Below, piece after piece: positions 52,092-62,614 of a stretch of DNA of 64,000 nt. Under the pieces are notes generated by a model, which saw only the letters and a program-made list of their open reading frames with translations, was not told the origin of the DNA and did no database searches. Each line of letters starts with the position of its first letter. Positions within the stretch are counted from its first letter, which is position 1. This DNA is from an uncultured candidate division Zixibacteria bacterium (lineage in GTDB: Bacteria > Zixibacteria > MSB-5A5 > RBG-16-43-9), in NCBI GenBank assembly GCA_963713865.1, contig OY970208.1, positions 2,208,001-2,272,000 of the forward strand, written 5' to 3'. The translations under genes and the position numbers were made by a program.

Positions 52092-53747
52092 TTATTTCTT
52101 CGGCTGACAGGTTTTACCACTCTCCATCATCTCTGTTTCAGACAACTCCTTCTCAGACAAAGGAGACCATTCACCGATATTCTCTACATAAACTTTGCAT
52201 TTACCCGAAGAGGTCCAGGTCTCGTTTGAATTATAGCCCCATTCTAAATATTCCGAGCCACCACCACCTACCGTGGTAATTAAGTATCTATTAGCCAAAT
52301 TCCCAAAATAAGCTGCCTGAGCTTCAGGAGAAGGTTGGTCCCCTCCTGAAGGATCAACTGGTATCCAGCCGTAATTCGGAAGATAGACCTCGCACCAGCG
52401 GTGAAACACATCATCGGTCGAGGCATCGTCCCCCCTTATAGCCACAGACCCTGCATATCTAACTGGAAGGCCTGCGGCACGGCACAAAGCGATATAGACA
52501 AAGCTGTATTCCGAACAGGAGCCAGAGCCTCTTTTCAGAACTGTGGGAGCGATATTCCAGCCGCCGGATAATTCATAAAACATCTTCTCCTGAATATAAT
52601 CATAGCTCTTACGGGCAATCCAGTAAGGATTCGTCTCTTCTCCGACCGCTTCAGCCGCTGATTTTCGAATGAAAGGGTCAGAAATCGAGTATTTGGTATC
52701 ATCTACTAAATATTTATCTTTAATCTCTTTTGGTATATCCTTTAAACTCCCCACCTTTTCAGGAAAGATAAAATATTTCGTCTGGTACAGTTTAGCTTTA
52801 ACCTTCATAGAAACCGTAATAAAATCCGGATTTTTTACCCCTACGTAATGATAATGAGCCACCTTCTGCCCCCATCTATCTGTAAGTATATCCATTGGCT
52901 CAGGCTTAAATACTATCTTCCCTACGATCTTTTGATTGTCCAGGTCCTGAGGTATGGCTAAATATATATCCAGAGTTTCCAGGATTCCCGGACCATAATT
53001 TCTCACCTGACTGGTATATTCTAAAAATTCAAGTTTTTCATCCATACATCTTAGTTTATCTTCATCTCCGATCTTGATTTTGTAAAGCTTGTCAGTCTGA
53101 TAATCCACATTCCAGAGGTTTTTTCCATCCCAGGCTAAACCCCGGGCATGAGGACCTGGTGCATTAAAGAACAGAATCACCTCACCCTTATCCGGAGTAA
53201 TCATATATATCCGGTTTGACATCCGGTCAGAAACCCAGAGGTATTTCCCATCAAAAGTTAGACCCTGCACGTCAGATGAAGGAGCAGGAATAGTAATGAT
53301 AGTGGTACCATCTTCGGTGCTGATTTTGTAGATCTCCTTAGCTTTATTATCCGCAACCCATAGATATTTTCCATCCCAGGCTAAACCCTTAGGACTACTT
53401 GAGGGTGCAGAGATGGTCTTTAATGCTACTCCACTCTGAGGGTCTATTTTAAAGATTAAATTCTCCTCATTATCCAGGCACCAGAGATATTTACCATCCC
53501 AGGCTAATCCAACTGGTTGATAACCCGGGGCAGGTATGACTTTATTAATCGTGCCATCCTCAGGTTTAAGAGCATACAGAGAGTCAGTTTTCCGATCAGC
53601 TACCCAGAGCTGCTTACCGCAGAAAGTCAAACCGGTAGCACAGGAACCCGGAGTAGCAAAAAAAGTATCGACCTCACCGGTATAAGCAAAGACTTCGACT
53701 CCGGGAATAACCAGCAAAAGCAAAAAAACAAAAATTTTACTGCGCAT
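52092..53747 (-). CDS. Exported beta-propeller plus transglutaminase-like cysteine protease domain protein
   Basis: Five GL(A/T)(W/F)xGKxLW repeats; triad GSC...HRW..VD. Confidence 0.85.
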   Translation of the reverse strand: MRSKIFVFLLLLVIPGVEVFAYTGEVDTFFATPGSCATGLTFCGKQLWVADRKTDSLYALKPEDGTINKVIPAPGYQPVGLAWDGKYLWCLDNEENLIFKIDPQSGVALKTISAPSSSPKGLAWDGKYLWVADNKAKEIYKISTEDGTTIITIPAPSSDVQGLTFDGKYLWVSDRMSNRIYMITPDKGEVILFFNAPGPHARGLAWDGKNLWNVDYQTDKLYKIKIGDEDKLRCMDEKLEFLEYTSQVRNYGPGILETLDIYLAIPQDLDNQKIVGKIVFKPEPMDILTDRWGQKVAHYHYVGVKNPDFITVSMKVKAKLYQTKYFIFPEKVGSLKDIPKEIKDKYLVDDTKYSISDPFIRKSAAEAVGEETNPYWIARKSYDYIQEKMFYELSGGWNIAPTVLKRGSGSCSEYSFVYIALCRAAGLPVRYAGSVAIRGDDASTDDVFHRWCEVYLPNYGWIPVDPSGGDQPSPEAQAAYFGNLANRYLITTVGGGGSEYLEWGYNSNETWTSSGKCKVYVENIGEWSPLSEKELSETEMMESGKTCQPKK

Positions 53748-53810
53748 AACTCCTCCTTTCGAATTATTTAAACCTAAAATATTGATTAAATTTCCGGAGT
53801 CAAGGAAATT

Positions 53811-53843
53811 AAAAAAGGCATCAACCTGTTGATTGATGCCTTT
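53811..53843 (-). terminator. Intrinsic terminator after gdhA
   Basis: aaaggcatcaa/ttgatgccttt stem with a U-run on the minus strand. Confidence 0.75.
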
Positions 53844-53868
53844 ATACCATTTAAATCTCTATTACGAG

Positions 53869-55233
<1,365 letters not shown>

Positions 55234-55349
55234 TCATTATGGTTTTTTTGTTAATGATTTTCGATCCTGAAATATTTTTATCTCTCTTCCTCCTTTCTTA
55301 AATTCCTGGCCTCAGAATTCTCTTACGTTAATTTTATCAAAATGAAACT

Positions 55350-55367
55350 TTGTGAAATATTTAACAA
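55350..55367. promoter_or_regulatory. Rex-like operator in the gdhA leader (second site 55682-55699)
   Basis: TTGTGAA-ATAT-TTAACAA and AAGTGAA-TTAA-TTCACAA versus the consensus TTGTGAA-N4-TTCACAA. Confidence 0.6.
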
Positions 55368-55472
55368 GTAAAAATGAATAAAAAGTATTTTCCCCCTCCT
55401 TCTGTTAAAGCTTTCTTCAACCCGTTTATTATGTATCATCATCTCCAAACAAAGATACTACAAAGTTTTTCT

Positions 55473-55500
55473 ATTATATATCCTTTTCGATTTTTGTCAA
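55473..55500 (-). promoter_or_regulatory. Sigma70-type promoter of gdhA
   Basis: TTGACA-16 nt-TATAAT. Confidence 0.7.
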
Positions 55501-55508
55501 GAGAAAAT

Positions 55509-55565
55509 TGGGGAATAATTTACCATATTTTTGTGATTTCCAAATAATCGGGTAAATATTCCCCA
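55509..55565. promoter_or_regulatory. Pair of 17-bp operator-like sites (third copy 58986-59002)
   Basis: TGGGGAATAATTTACCA and CGGGTAAATATTCCCCA; compare TGGGGAAATTCTCCTCA. Confidence 0.55.
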
Positions 55566-55863
55566 CTTGGACTTTTTGTTCTTATCTAAACCTAACTTTT
55601 TGGGATTTAAATCGTTAACCAGGTTCAGGATATCTTTATCCAAATGAATTTTTAAATCGTATATTTTTTGTATAATAAACAAAGTGAATTAATTCACAAA
55701 GTAGATTAAACATATTTAAATTGAAAGTTATGGAATATCATGGTTAATAGCTTTATGAAATGAGGGATTAATCTCTATATCCTGAAGTGGTATTTGAGGT
55801 TGCTCTTTTGAGGAATTTATTACTTGACATCTTTACTGAATTTATTTAAGTAAATGTTACTTT

Positions 55864-57612
55864 ATGAAGAATCATAACGCAAAAAATAATAGGAACAGGA
55901 AATCTAACCACAATCTGGCTGAGGATTTTTATTTGCTATCCCACCAGATATTGCGATATGCAAGTCGCGCTCTGCCCAGACTCGATTTCATACGCGAAAT
56001 CTCAACTATGCTTATTGATTTTTCTGGATGTGATGTGGTTGAGATACGATTAAAGAGATATGAAAAGTATTACCGGTATGAAATAAGCCGGAACAATAAA
56101 AATCTGTTCCAGTGGGATTACACCCCCTGTCTGCGAACGGAAGATGCAAAACTAATACCCTGTTCCCAGGATGATGCAGGTATAGAGACGCTCTATCAGG
56201 ATATCCTTCTCGGCAAGTTTAATCCCAAACTCTCTTATTTCACAAAAAGCGGTAGTTTCTGGATAAATGATCTGAGCAATTTACACGCTCTCCACAAGCA
56301 GGATAATAAACAATCGGTTGGCTACAATCTCTTGCCACTTGGCGCTCAGGGTTCGCTGGCAATCTTCCCTCTGGTAGCAGATGAGGACAATATAGGACTT
56401 TTACAATTAAAGAGTTGCCAGTCAGACTTCTTTACAGCTGATGAAATCCGGTTTTATGAGGGACTTGCCCAAACGCTCGTGGTAGCCCTCGTACACCGAC
56501 ATGCACAGGTAGCTTTGCGGGAAAGAGTCAAAGAACTGACCTGTCTATACGGTATCGCAAAGCTGGTTGCACGACCAGACACATCGCTTGAAAATATGCT
56601 CCAGGGTCTGGTAGAACTCCTGCCGCCTGCCTGGCTATATCCTGAAATTGCTACAGCCAGGATAATCTTGGACGGGAATTCTTATACCGCACCAAATTTC
56701 CAGGAGGGGGTTTATAAACAGACCGCAGATATTGTTTATGTTGGCAGGAAACGGGGTACCATTGAAGTCATATATATGGAGGAGAGACCGGAACTGGACG
56801 AGGGTCCATTCCTTAAAGAGGAGCGGAGTTTAATAGATGCAGTAGCCAGAGAGGTAGCGCTTATGGTCGAGCGCAGACAGGCAGAGGAGGAAAAAACCAG
56901 ATTACAGAATCAGCTTATGCATGCTGACCGTTTGGCGACCATCGGACAGCTTGCTGCAGGAGTCGCGCATGAGATTAATGAACCTTTAGGGAATATTTTG
57001 GGATTTGCTCAGCTTGTTGCCAAATGCCCGGAACTTAGCACACAAACAGCTCAGGATATAGAAAAGATAAAGAATGCATCCCTTCATGCCCGGGAAATTG
57101 TAAAGAAACTATTGATTTTTGCCCGTCAGATGCCAGCCAAAAAATCCAGGATCAATCTAAATCGGATTGTCGAAGAGGGGCTTTATTTCTTTGAATCCAG
57201 GTGTGCTAAAGAAGGAATAGAGTTGGTGCGTTCACTCTCGCCTGACCAGCCGGAGATCAGCGTGGATCCGGCTCAGTTGCACCAGGTCCTGGTTAATCTG
57301 GTAGTAAATGCTATCCAGGCTATGCCCGGGGGGGGCAGGCTAACCATAAAGACTATGTCTGATGAACACTATGTATCCCTCATCGTTGAGGATACTGGTA
57401 TAGGTATGAGCGAGGAGGTTAAGAAACAGATATTTATCCCATTCTTTACCACTAAGGAAATTGGGGAGGGAACTGGTCTCGGACTCTCTGTTGTTCATGG
57501 AATTATCAGCTCGCACAAAGGGTTTATCAATGTCGAGAGTAAAGTTGGTTCAGGCTCGCGTTTTGAGATCCGTTTGCCTGTAATAACACATCCAGAAAAA
57601 AAGGAGAGCTGA
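55864..57612 (+). CDS. Cytoplasmic GAF-like sensor histidine kinase (NtrB-like)
   Basis: AHEINEPL H-box, NLVVNAIQA, DTGIG, PFFTTK and GTGLGL; no TM segment. Confidence 0.93.
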   Translation: MKNHNAKNNRNRKSNHNLAEDFYLLSHQILRYASRALPRLDFIREISTMLIDFSGCDVVEIRLKRYEKYYRYEISRNNKNLFQWDYTPCLRTEDAKLIPCSQDDAGIETLYQDILLGKFNPKLSYFTKSGSFWINDLSNLHALHKQDNKQSVGYNLLPLGAQGSLAIFPLVADEDNIGLLQLKSCQSDFFTADEIRFYEGLAQTLVVALVHRHAQVALRERVKELTCLYGIAKLVARPDTSLENMLQGLVELLPPAWLYPEIATARIILDGNSYTAPNFQEGVYKQTADIVYVGRKRGTIEVIYMEERPELDEGPFLKEERSLIDAVAREVALMVERRQAEEEKTRLQNQLMHADRLATIGQLAAGVAHEINEPLGNILGFAQLVAKCPELSTQTAQDIEKIKNASLHAREIVKKLLIFARQMPAKKSRINLNRIVEEGLYFFESRCAKEGIELVRSLSPDQPEISVDPAQLHQVLVNLVVNAIQAMPGGGRLTIKTMSDEHYVSLIVEDTGIGMSEEVKKQIFIPFFTTKEIGEGTGLGLSVVHGIISSHKGFINVESKVGSGSRFEIRLPVITHPEKKES

Positions 57613-57616
57613 TAAT

Positions 57617-58969
57617 ATGACACCTGAATCCAGGAAAGAGGGTCTCCTGGTTGTAGATGACACTCCTAATACTCTAGAGTTGCTTCAAAGAAAACTGACC
57701 TCACAAGGTTACCAGGTGTATACCGCCCCAGATGTGGCTCAGGCAATTAAAATTCTTGAGGCGACACCAGTAGACCTGGTCATTACCGACCTCAAGATGC
57801 CCAAGGTAAGCGGATTAGACCTGGTAAGGCATATTCGTGAAAACCTCAAAGATACTGAGGTGATGATCATCACCGGTTATGCTACGATTGAAGGAGCGGT
57901 AAAAGCGATTAAGGTAGGAGCCGAAGAATACCTGCCCAAGCCTTTCACGGATGAAGAACTCTTTTCTTCTGTGAGAAGGGTATTAACCAAACTGCAATCT
58001 CGCAGGGCCGAGCGGAACCAGACTCATAAGAAGCCCTCAGCCCCTCATGGTCTGGTAGCTGAATCCGAAAAGATGCTAAAGGTTTTTGACGCCATACCCA
58101 AAGCCGCATCTACTGCCGCAACCGTGTTAATCTCAGGAGAAAGTGGCACCGGTAAGGAGCTTATTGCCAGGGCAATTCACTATAGTAGCCTGCGTGCTTC
58201 AGCGCCTTTTGTCCCGGTGAATTGTGGCGGCATTCCTGAAGGGCTTCTGGAAAGCGAGCTTTTTGGACACGTCAAAGGCGCTTTCACCGGAGCCACGGAT
58301 ACCAGAGCCGGCTTTTTTCAAACCGCTGATGGTGGCACGATCTTCCTTGACGAAATCAGCGAAACCAGTCTGTCAATGCAGGTGAAGCTTCTTCGCGTTC
58401 TGCAAGACAAGGAAGTATATATGGTTGGTGCCACCCATCCAGTAAAAGTTGATGTGAGGATTCTGGCTGCCACCAACAAGGATTTACTTGGCCTGATAAA
58501 GAAAGGAGTTTTCCGTGAGGATCTTTATTTTAGACTGAATGTACTCAGTATAGCCATTCCCCCTCTAAGGGAAAGAGGTGACGATATCGTGCTTCTGACC
58601 AATCACTTTGCCATCAAATTTGCTAAGGAATATGGTAAAAAAACTCCACGCTTCTCAGAAAAGGCGTTGCAGGTTCTTAAAAACTATGATTGGCCCGGTA
58701 ATGTAAGGGAATTGGAGAATGTAATCCAGCGCCTTATAGTTATGACCGAAGGCGACATTATAGACGTTCCTGATCTGCCATCGCTTATGCGTTTCTCAGC
58801 TCAGAGGGAAGTGGGACTTAATCGAACCTTAGCTGAAGTTGAGGCTGAATATATTCGCAATGTCCTGGCAAGTGTAAACGGAAACAAAACAAAAGCTGCC
58901 CAAATTTTAGGGATTGATCGTAAAACTTTGAGAGAAAAAATTCAGAATACACCTCCAGGTAGCTCTTAA
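57617..58969 (+). CDS. Sigma54-dependent response regulator (NtrC/AtoC family)
   Basis: REC domain (DD, DLKMP), GESGTGKE, GAFTGA, WPGNVREL and a Fis-type HTH. Confidence 0.95.
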   Translation: MTPESRKEGLLVVDDTPNTLELLQRKLTSQGYQVYTAPDVAQAIKILEATPVDLVITDLKMPKVSGLDLVRHIRENLKDTEVMIITGYATIEGAVKAIKVGAEEYLPKPFTDEELFSSVRRVLTKLQSRRAERNQTHKKPSAPHGLVAESEKMLKVFDAIPKAASTAATVLISGESGTGKELIARAIHYSSLRASAPFVPVNCGGIPEGLLESELFGHVKGAFTGATDTRAGFFQTADGGTIFLDEISETSLSMQVKLLRVLQDKEVYMVGATHPVKVDVRILAATNKDLLGLIKKGVFREDLYFRLNVLSIAIPPLRERGDDIVLLTNHFAIKFAKEYGKKTPRFSEKALQVLKNYDWPGNVRELENVIQRLIVMTEGDIIDVPDLPSLMRFSAQREVGLNRTLAEVEAEYIRNVLASVNGNKTKAAQILGIDRKTLREKIQNTPPGSS

Positions 58970-59176
58970 TAATAAACACAAATGCTGGGGAAATTCTCCT
59001 CAACGATTCGAATTTCACCGAACTTCAAATAATTTTAATTAATCCTACAGTTACAATAAGACATCATCGAAATAATTGTAGTTACCTCGAAATCTTTTGA
59101 ATCACTTGACCTTATCCTCGAATATTAAACACAATAATTCTATTCAAGAAGAATCACAAGCATTAAAAGTGGCGAT

Positions 59177-59192
59177 CGGCATAATTTTTGCT
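59177..59192 (+). promoter_or_regulatory. Sigma54 -24/-12 promoter
   Basis: CGGCATAATTTTTGCT with GG and GC at canonical spacing; AAGGAGG RBS downstream. Confidence 0.7.
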
Positions 59193-59239
59193 ACTATATC
59201 TCTATGAAAAAAGATTGGACTTGAAAGGAGGTAAGCAAA

Positions 59240-59578
59240 ATGTCAAAACATTCAACCAAAACCGTTGAGAAGATAAGTGCGGTCTCTAAGAAACGTGAAT
59301 ATACCGGGCTTTGCATAACTTGCCAAAACGCTGCCAACTGCATATACCCGAGAAATCTTAGTCAGCCAGTTTTACAGTGCGAAGAGTTCGATTGCTACGA
59401 AACGCCGATAGAGACAATTACAGTGGATAGAATTCTGGCAATTGCTCGTTCCAAGAACATCTCTAACACTGAGGACACGGTTGCATTTAAAGGGCTTTGC
59501 GTTAATTGCGAGAACCGCACTACGTGCATCTTTCCCAAACCTGAAGCAGGTGTATGGCGATGTGAGGAGTACGCTTAA
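59240..59578 (+). CDS. Small Cys-rich protein with internal duplication (putative metal/Fe-S binding)
   Basis: GLCITCQNAANC...CEEF and GLCVNCENRTTC...CEEY; strong RBS. Confidence 0.8.
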   Translation: MSKHSTKTVEKISAVSKKREYTGLCITCQNAANCIYPRNLSQPVLQCEEFDCYETPIETITVDRILAIARSKNISNTEDTVAFKGLCVNCENRTTCIFPKPEAGVWRCEEYA

Positions 59579-59633
59579 GTTCGCAGTCAAAAGCATCTCC
59601 TGCGGTTTTATATGATTACGATTAAGAAGCCAG

Positions 59634-59691
59634 TGCTTGACGAGCAAACCATGATGATATATATTCGGTGATGCTCGTCAAGCATTTGTTT
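59634..59691 (+). terminator. Intra-operon hairpin with U-rich tail (possible terminator/attenuator)
   Basis: TGCTTGACGAGCA / TGCTCGTCAAGCA 13-bp stem followed by TTTGTTT. Confidence 0.5.
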
Positions 59692-59733
59692 ATATTCGAA
59701 GATTAAAAGACACTTGATATTTAAGAGGTAAAC

Positions 59734-61014
59734 ATGACCGATTCAGAAATTGGAAAAAGAGGAAGCGTCTATGAAAACGTGGTCTGGCAATTCAATAAAG
59801 CCTCAGACCTGATGAAGCTTGATCTGGACATACGTAAGATCCTCGGGAAGACCACCAATGAGATCATTGTGAATTTCCCGGTCAAGATGGATGATGGTCG
59901 GATAGAGATGTTCACCGGTTACCGGGTCCAGCACAACAATGCGCTGGGTCCTTACAAAGGCGGACTGCGTTTCCACCCGGCCGTTGACATCGACGAGGTT
60001 AGGGCACTTGCTACCTGGATGACCTGGAAAAGCGCCCTGACTTATATCCCGTTTGGCGGCGCCAAGGGAGGGATACAGTGTGACCCCTTCAAGTATTCAT
60101 CCAGCGAAGTGGAGAGAATATCCCGCCGGTTCACTTTCGCTCTGGGAAATAATATCGGGCCGGAGTACGATATCCCCGCTCCGGACGTGAATACCAATCC
60201 CCAGATAATGGCCTGGATTCTGGATACCTATGTATCGACTATGCCTGCGCATGAAAGACAGGCTTGCATCCATGTAGTCACCGGAAAACCGATTGAGTCC
60301 GGCGGAAGCCTGGGACGTGATAAGGCGACTGGCCAGGGAGTCGTTTACACTATTGAGGAATGGGCAAGGGATAAAGGCTTCAACTTAAAAGGAGCCACTT
60401 ACACGGTTCAGGGATTTGGAAATGTCGGTTCCTGGACTGCGCTTCTCCTCAAACAGCACGGTTCCATACTACTTGCAGTTGAGGATGCCAGTGGAGCAAT
60501 TGCGAATGCAGAAGGGATTGATCCCGATGACCTCCTGGTTTTTGCCAAGAAAAATAACGGGCTGATTTCCGGTTACCCGAAGGCTAAGCCAATCGACCGC
60601 AAAACCTTATTCCAAACCAAAGCGGATATATTCGTTCCGGCTGCCCTGGAAAATCAGATAACAGCTGACACTGCACCCGTCTTAAATGTGAAACTCGTGG
60701 CTGAAGGAGCAAATGGGCCAACTAACCCGGACGGCGACCGGGTCCTCCAGCAGAAAGGGATAGATTTAATTCCCGATATACTCTGCAACGCCGGTGGCGT
60801 GATCGTCAGCTACTTCGAGTGGCTTCAGAACAAACGCAGTGAATTCTGGGAACTGGAGGAAGTGGACACCAAATTACATAGAAAAATAGTCAGTGCTTAC
60901 GAACGGGTACGCGATACGGCCAAAGCATATAAAACTGACTGGCGAACAGCCGCCTATATTGTAGCTCTTTCCCATCTGGATACTGTCTACAGAGAACGTG
61001 GGATTTTCCCGTAA
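59734..61014 (+). CDS. Glu/Leu/Phe/Val dehydrogenase family glutamate dehydrogenase, catalytic motifs intact
   Basis: GPYKGG, MTWK, GGAKGG, DIPAPD, GFGNVG and NAGGVIVSYFEW. Confidence 0.93.
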   Translation: MTDSEIGKRGSVYENVVWQFNKASDLMKLDLDIRKILGKTTNEIIVNFPVKMDDGRIEMFTGYRVQHNNALGPYKGGLRFHPAVDIDEVRALATWMTWKSALTYIPFGGAKGGIQCDPFKYSSSEVERISRRFTFALGNNIGPEYDIPAPDVNTNPQIMAWILDTYVSTMPAHERQACIHVVTGKPIESGGSLGRDKATGQGVVYTIEEWARDKGFNLKGATYTVQGFGNVGSWTALLLKQHGSILLAVEDASGAIANAEGIDPDDLLVFAKKNNGLISGYPKAKPIDRKTLFQTKADIFVPAALENQITADTAPVLNVKLVAEGANGPTNPDGDRVLQQKGIDLIPDILCNAGGVIVSYFEWLQNKRSEFWELEEVDTKLHRKIVSAYERVRDTAKAYKTDWRTAAYIVALSHLDTVYRERGIFP

Positions 61015-61047
61015 TGAAAAATAATGAAATCAACTTAAGATAAAATT

Positions 61048-62310
61048 ATGCCGAAAGAAAAAAGTTTTTGTGATTATGTGGTCGAGCATGTTAAACAGGC
61101 AGCTGACCTGATTTCACTCGACCCGGACATCCGCAGCATTCTGGCGAAGACCATCAACGAGGTAACCATCAACTTTCCGGTGAAATTGGAAGATGGGCGG
61201 ATCGAGATGCTGATTGGTTATCGGGTTCAGCATAACAACGTTATGGGACCTTTTGAAGGGGGAATACGCTTCCACCCGGCACTTGGTATTGAAGAGGTAA
61301 GGGTTCTGGCCAACTGCATGACCTGGAAAGCAGCCATTGCCAATATACCGTTTGGAGGAGCCAGCGGTGGAATCCAGTTCAACCCAACCAAATACACCTT
61401 TAATGACCTTGAGCGGATAACCCGCCGTTTTACTTTTGCTCTGGGGAATAATATCGGGCCGGAGTACGATATCCTCGCCCCGGATATAGGCACAAACTCT
61501 CAAATTATGGCCTGGATCCTCGATACTTATTTATCAACTATACCCCCGCATAAACGCCAGGCTTGCAAGCATGTGGTCACAGGTAAACCTATAAAATCTG
61601 GTGGAAGCCTGGGTCGTGATAAAGCCACTGGTCAGGGAATCGTCTTTTTGATTCAGAAATGGGCAGAGGAAAAAAATTTCGATCTAAATGGAGCCACCTA
61701 CACAGTCCAGGGATTCGGTAACGTTGGCTCCTGGGCAGCTCGCCTCTTGAAGCAGTCTGGTGCAAGGCTGGCCGCAGTTGAAGCTTTTACTGGCGCAATT
61801 TTCAATGCAGACGGTATAGATCCCGATGACTTATTCGAGTATGTTAAAAAGAATCGAAAGCTCGTTGGTTATCCGCAGGCAAAATCGGTTGACCACAAAA
61901 CCTTTCTGCAAACCAGGGCTGATATTTTCATCCCCGCTGCCCTGGAAAACCAGATCACTTCTGAAACCGCACCTCTGTTAAACGTAAAATTGGTAGCTGA
62001 AGGAGCTAATGGTCCGACTGATCCGGAAGCAGACCGGATACTGCAGAAGAAGGGTGTTGATATTATTCCTGACATTCTGTGTAACTCTGGCGGTTTAATA
62101 GTCAGCTACTTCGAATGGCTTCAGAACAAGCGCAGTGAGTTCTGGGAACTGGAGGAAGTGGACAGCAAATTACACACCAAGATCATTAACGCCTATAATC
62201 TGGTGAGCGATAAGTCAAAGGAGTTGAAGAGCGATTTGCGAACCGCGGCTTATGTTGCTGCGCTGACTCGTCTGGAAAGGGTATACAAAAGACGCGGGAT
62301 CTTCCCGTAA
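61048..62310 (+). CDS. Glutamate dehydrogenase paralogue lacking two active-site lysines (putative regulatory subunit)
   Basis: GPFEGG (E70) and GGASGG (S106); otherwise full-length and collinear with the upstream GDH. Confidence 0.85.
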   Translation: MPKEKSFCDYVVEHVKQAADLISLDPDIRSILAKTINEVTINFPVKLEDGRIEMLIGYRVQHNNVMGPFEGGIRFHPALGIEEVRVLANCMTWKAAIANIPFGGASGGIQFNPTKYTFNDLERITRRFTFALGNNIGPEYDILAPDIGTNSQIMAWILDTYLSTIPPHKRQACKHVVTGKPIKSGGSLGRDKATGQGIVFLIQKWAEEKNFDLNGATYTVQGFGNVGSWAARLLKQSGARLAAVEAFTGAIFNADGIDPDDLFEYVKKNRKLVGYPQAKSVDHKTFLQTRADIFIPAALENQITSETAPLLNVKLVAEGANGPTDPEADRILQKKGVDIIPDILCNSGGLIVSYFEWLQNKRSEFWELEEVDSKLHTKIINAYNLVSDKSKELKSDLRTAAYVAALTRLERVYKRRGIFP

Positions 62311-62373
62311 TCAGAAGCACTTACACTTCCATAGAAGTATTCAGATGGGAAAAGAATTTCTAAGGAAACACTA

Positions 62374-62478
62374 ACTGGAAAAGAAGATATAGGAGAATAA
62401 GTCTCTTCTGGAATTTATTTCTATCAACTTAAAGCTGGAGATTATAAAGAAACAAAAAAGATGACTCTTTTGAGATAA
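62374..62478 (+). pseudogene. Orphan C-terminal fragment of a T9SS-type/FlgD-like sorting domain
   Basis: TGKEDIGE*VSSGIYFYQLKAGDYKETKKMTLLR* with an in-frame stop and no start codon. Confidence 0.7.
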
Positions 62479-62614
62479 AAGAAAAATCTTTTATCCATCA
62501 TCGGTCATCTATTTTTAAACAACTTGATTTCTATGCTTGCCATCTATTAGAGGTGGACTGATCTAGTTCGCCACTAGCGAATCAGGTCAGGGGACCTAAC
62601 GGTCACGAGTAAGT

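Noticed and set aside
62586-62614. Integron attC-like core (CCTAAC)
   Set aside because: There is no matching distal GTTAG arm, cassette array or integrase.
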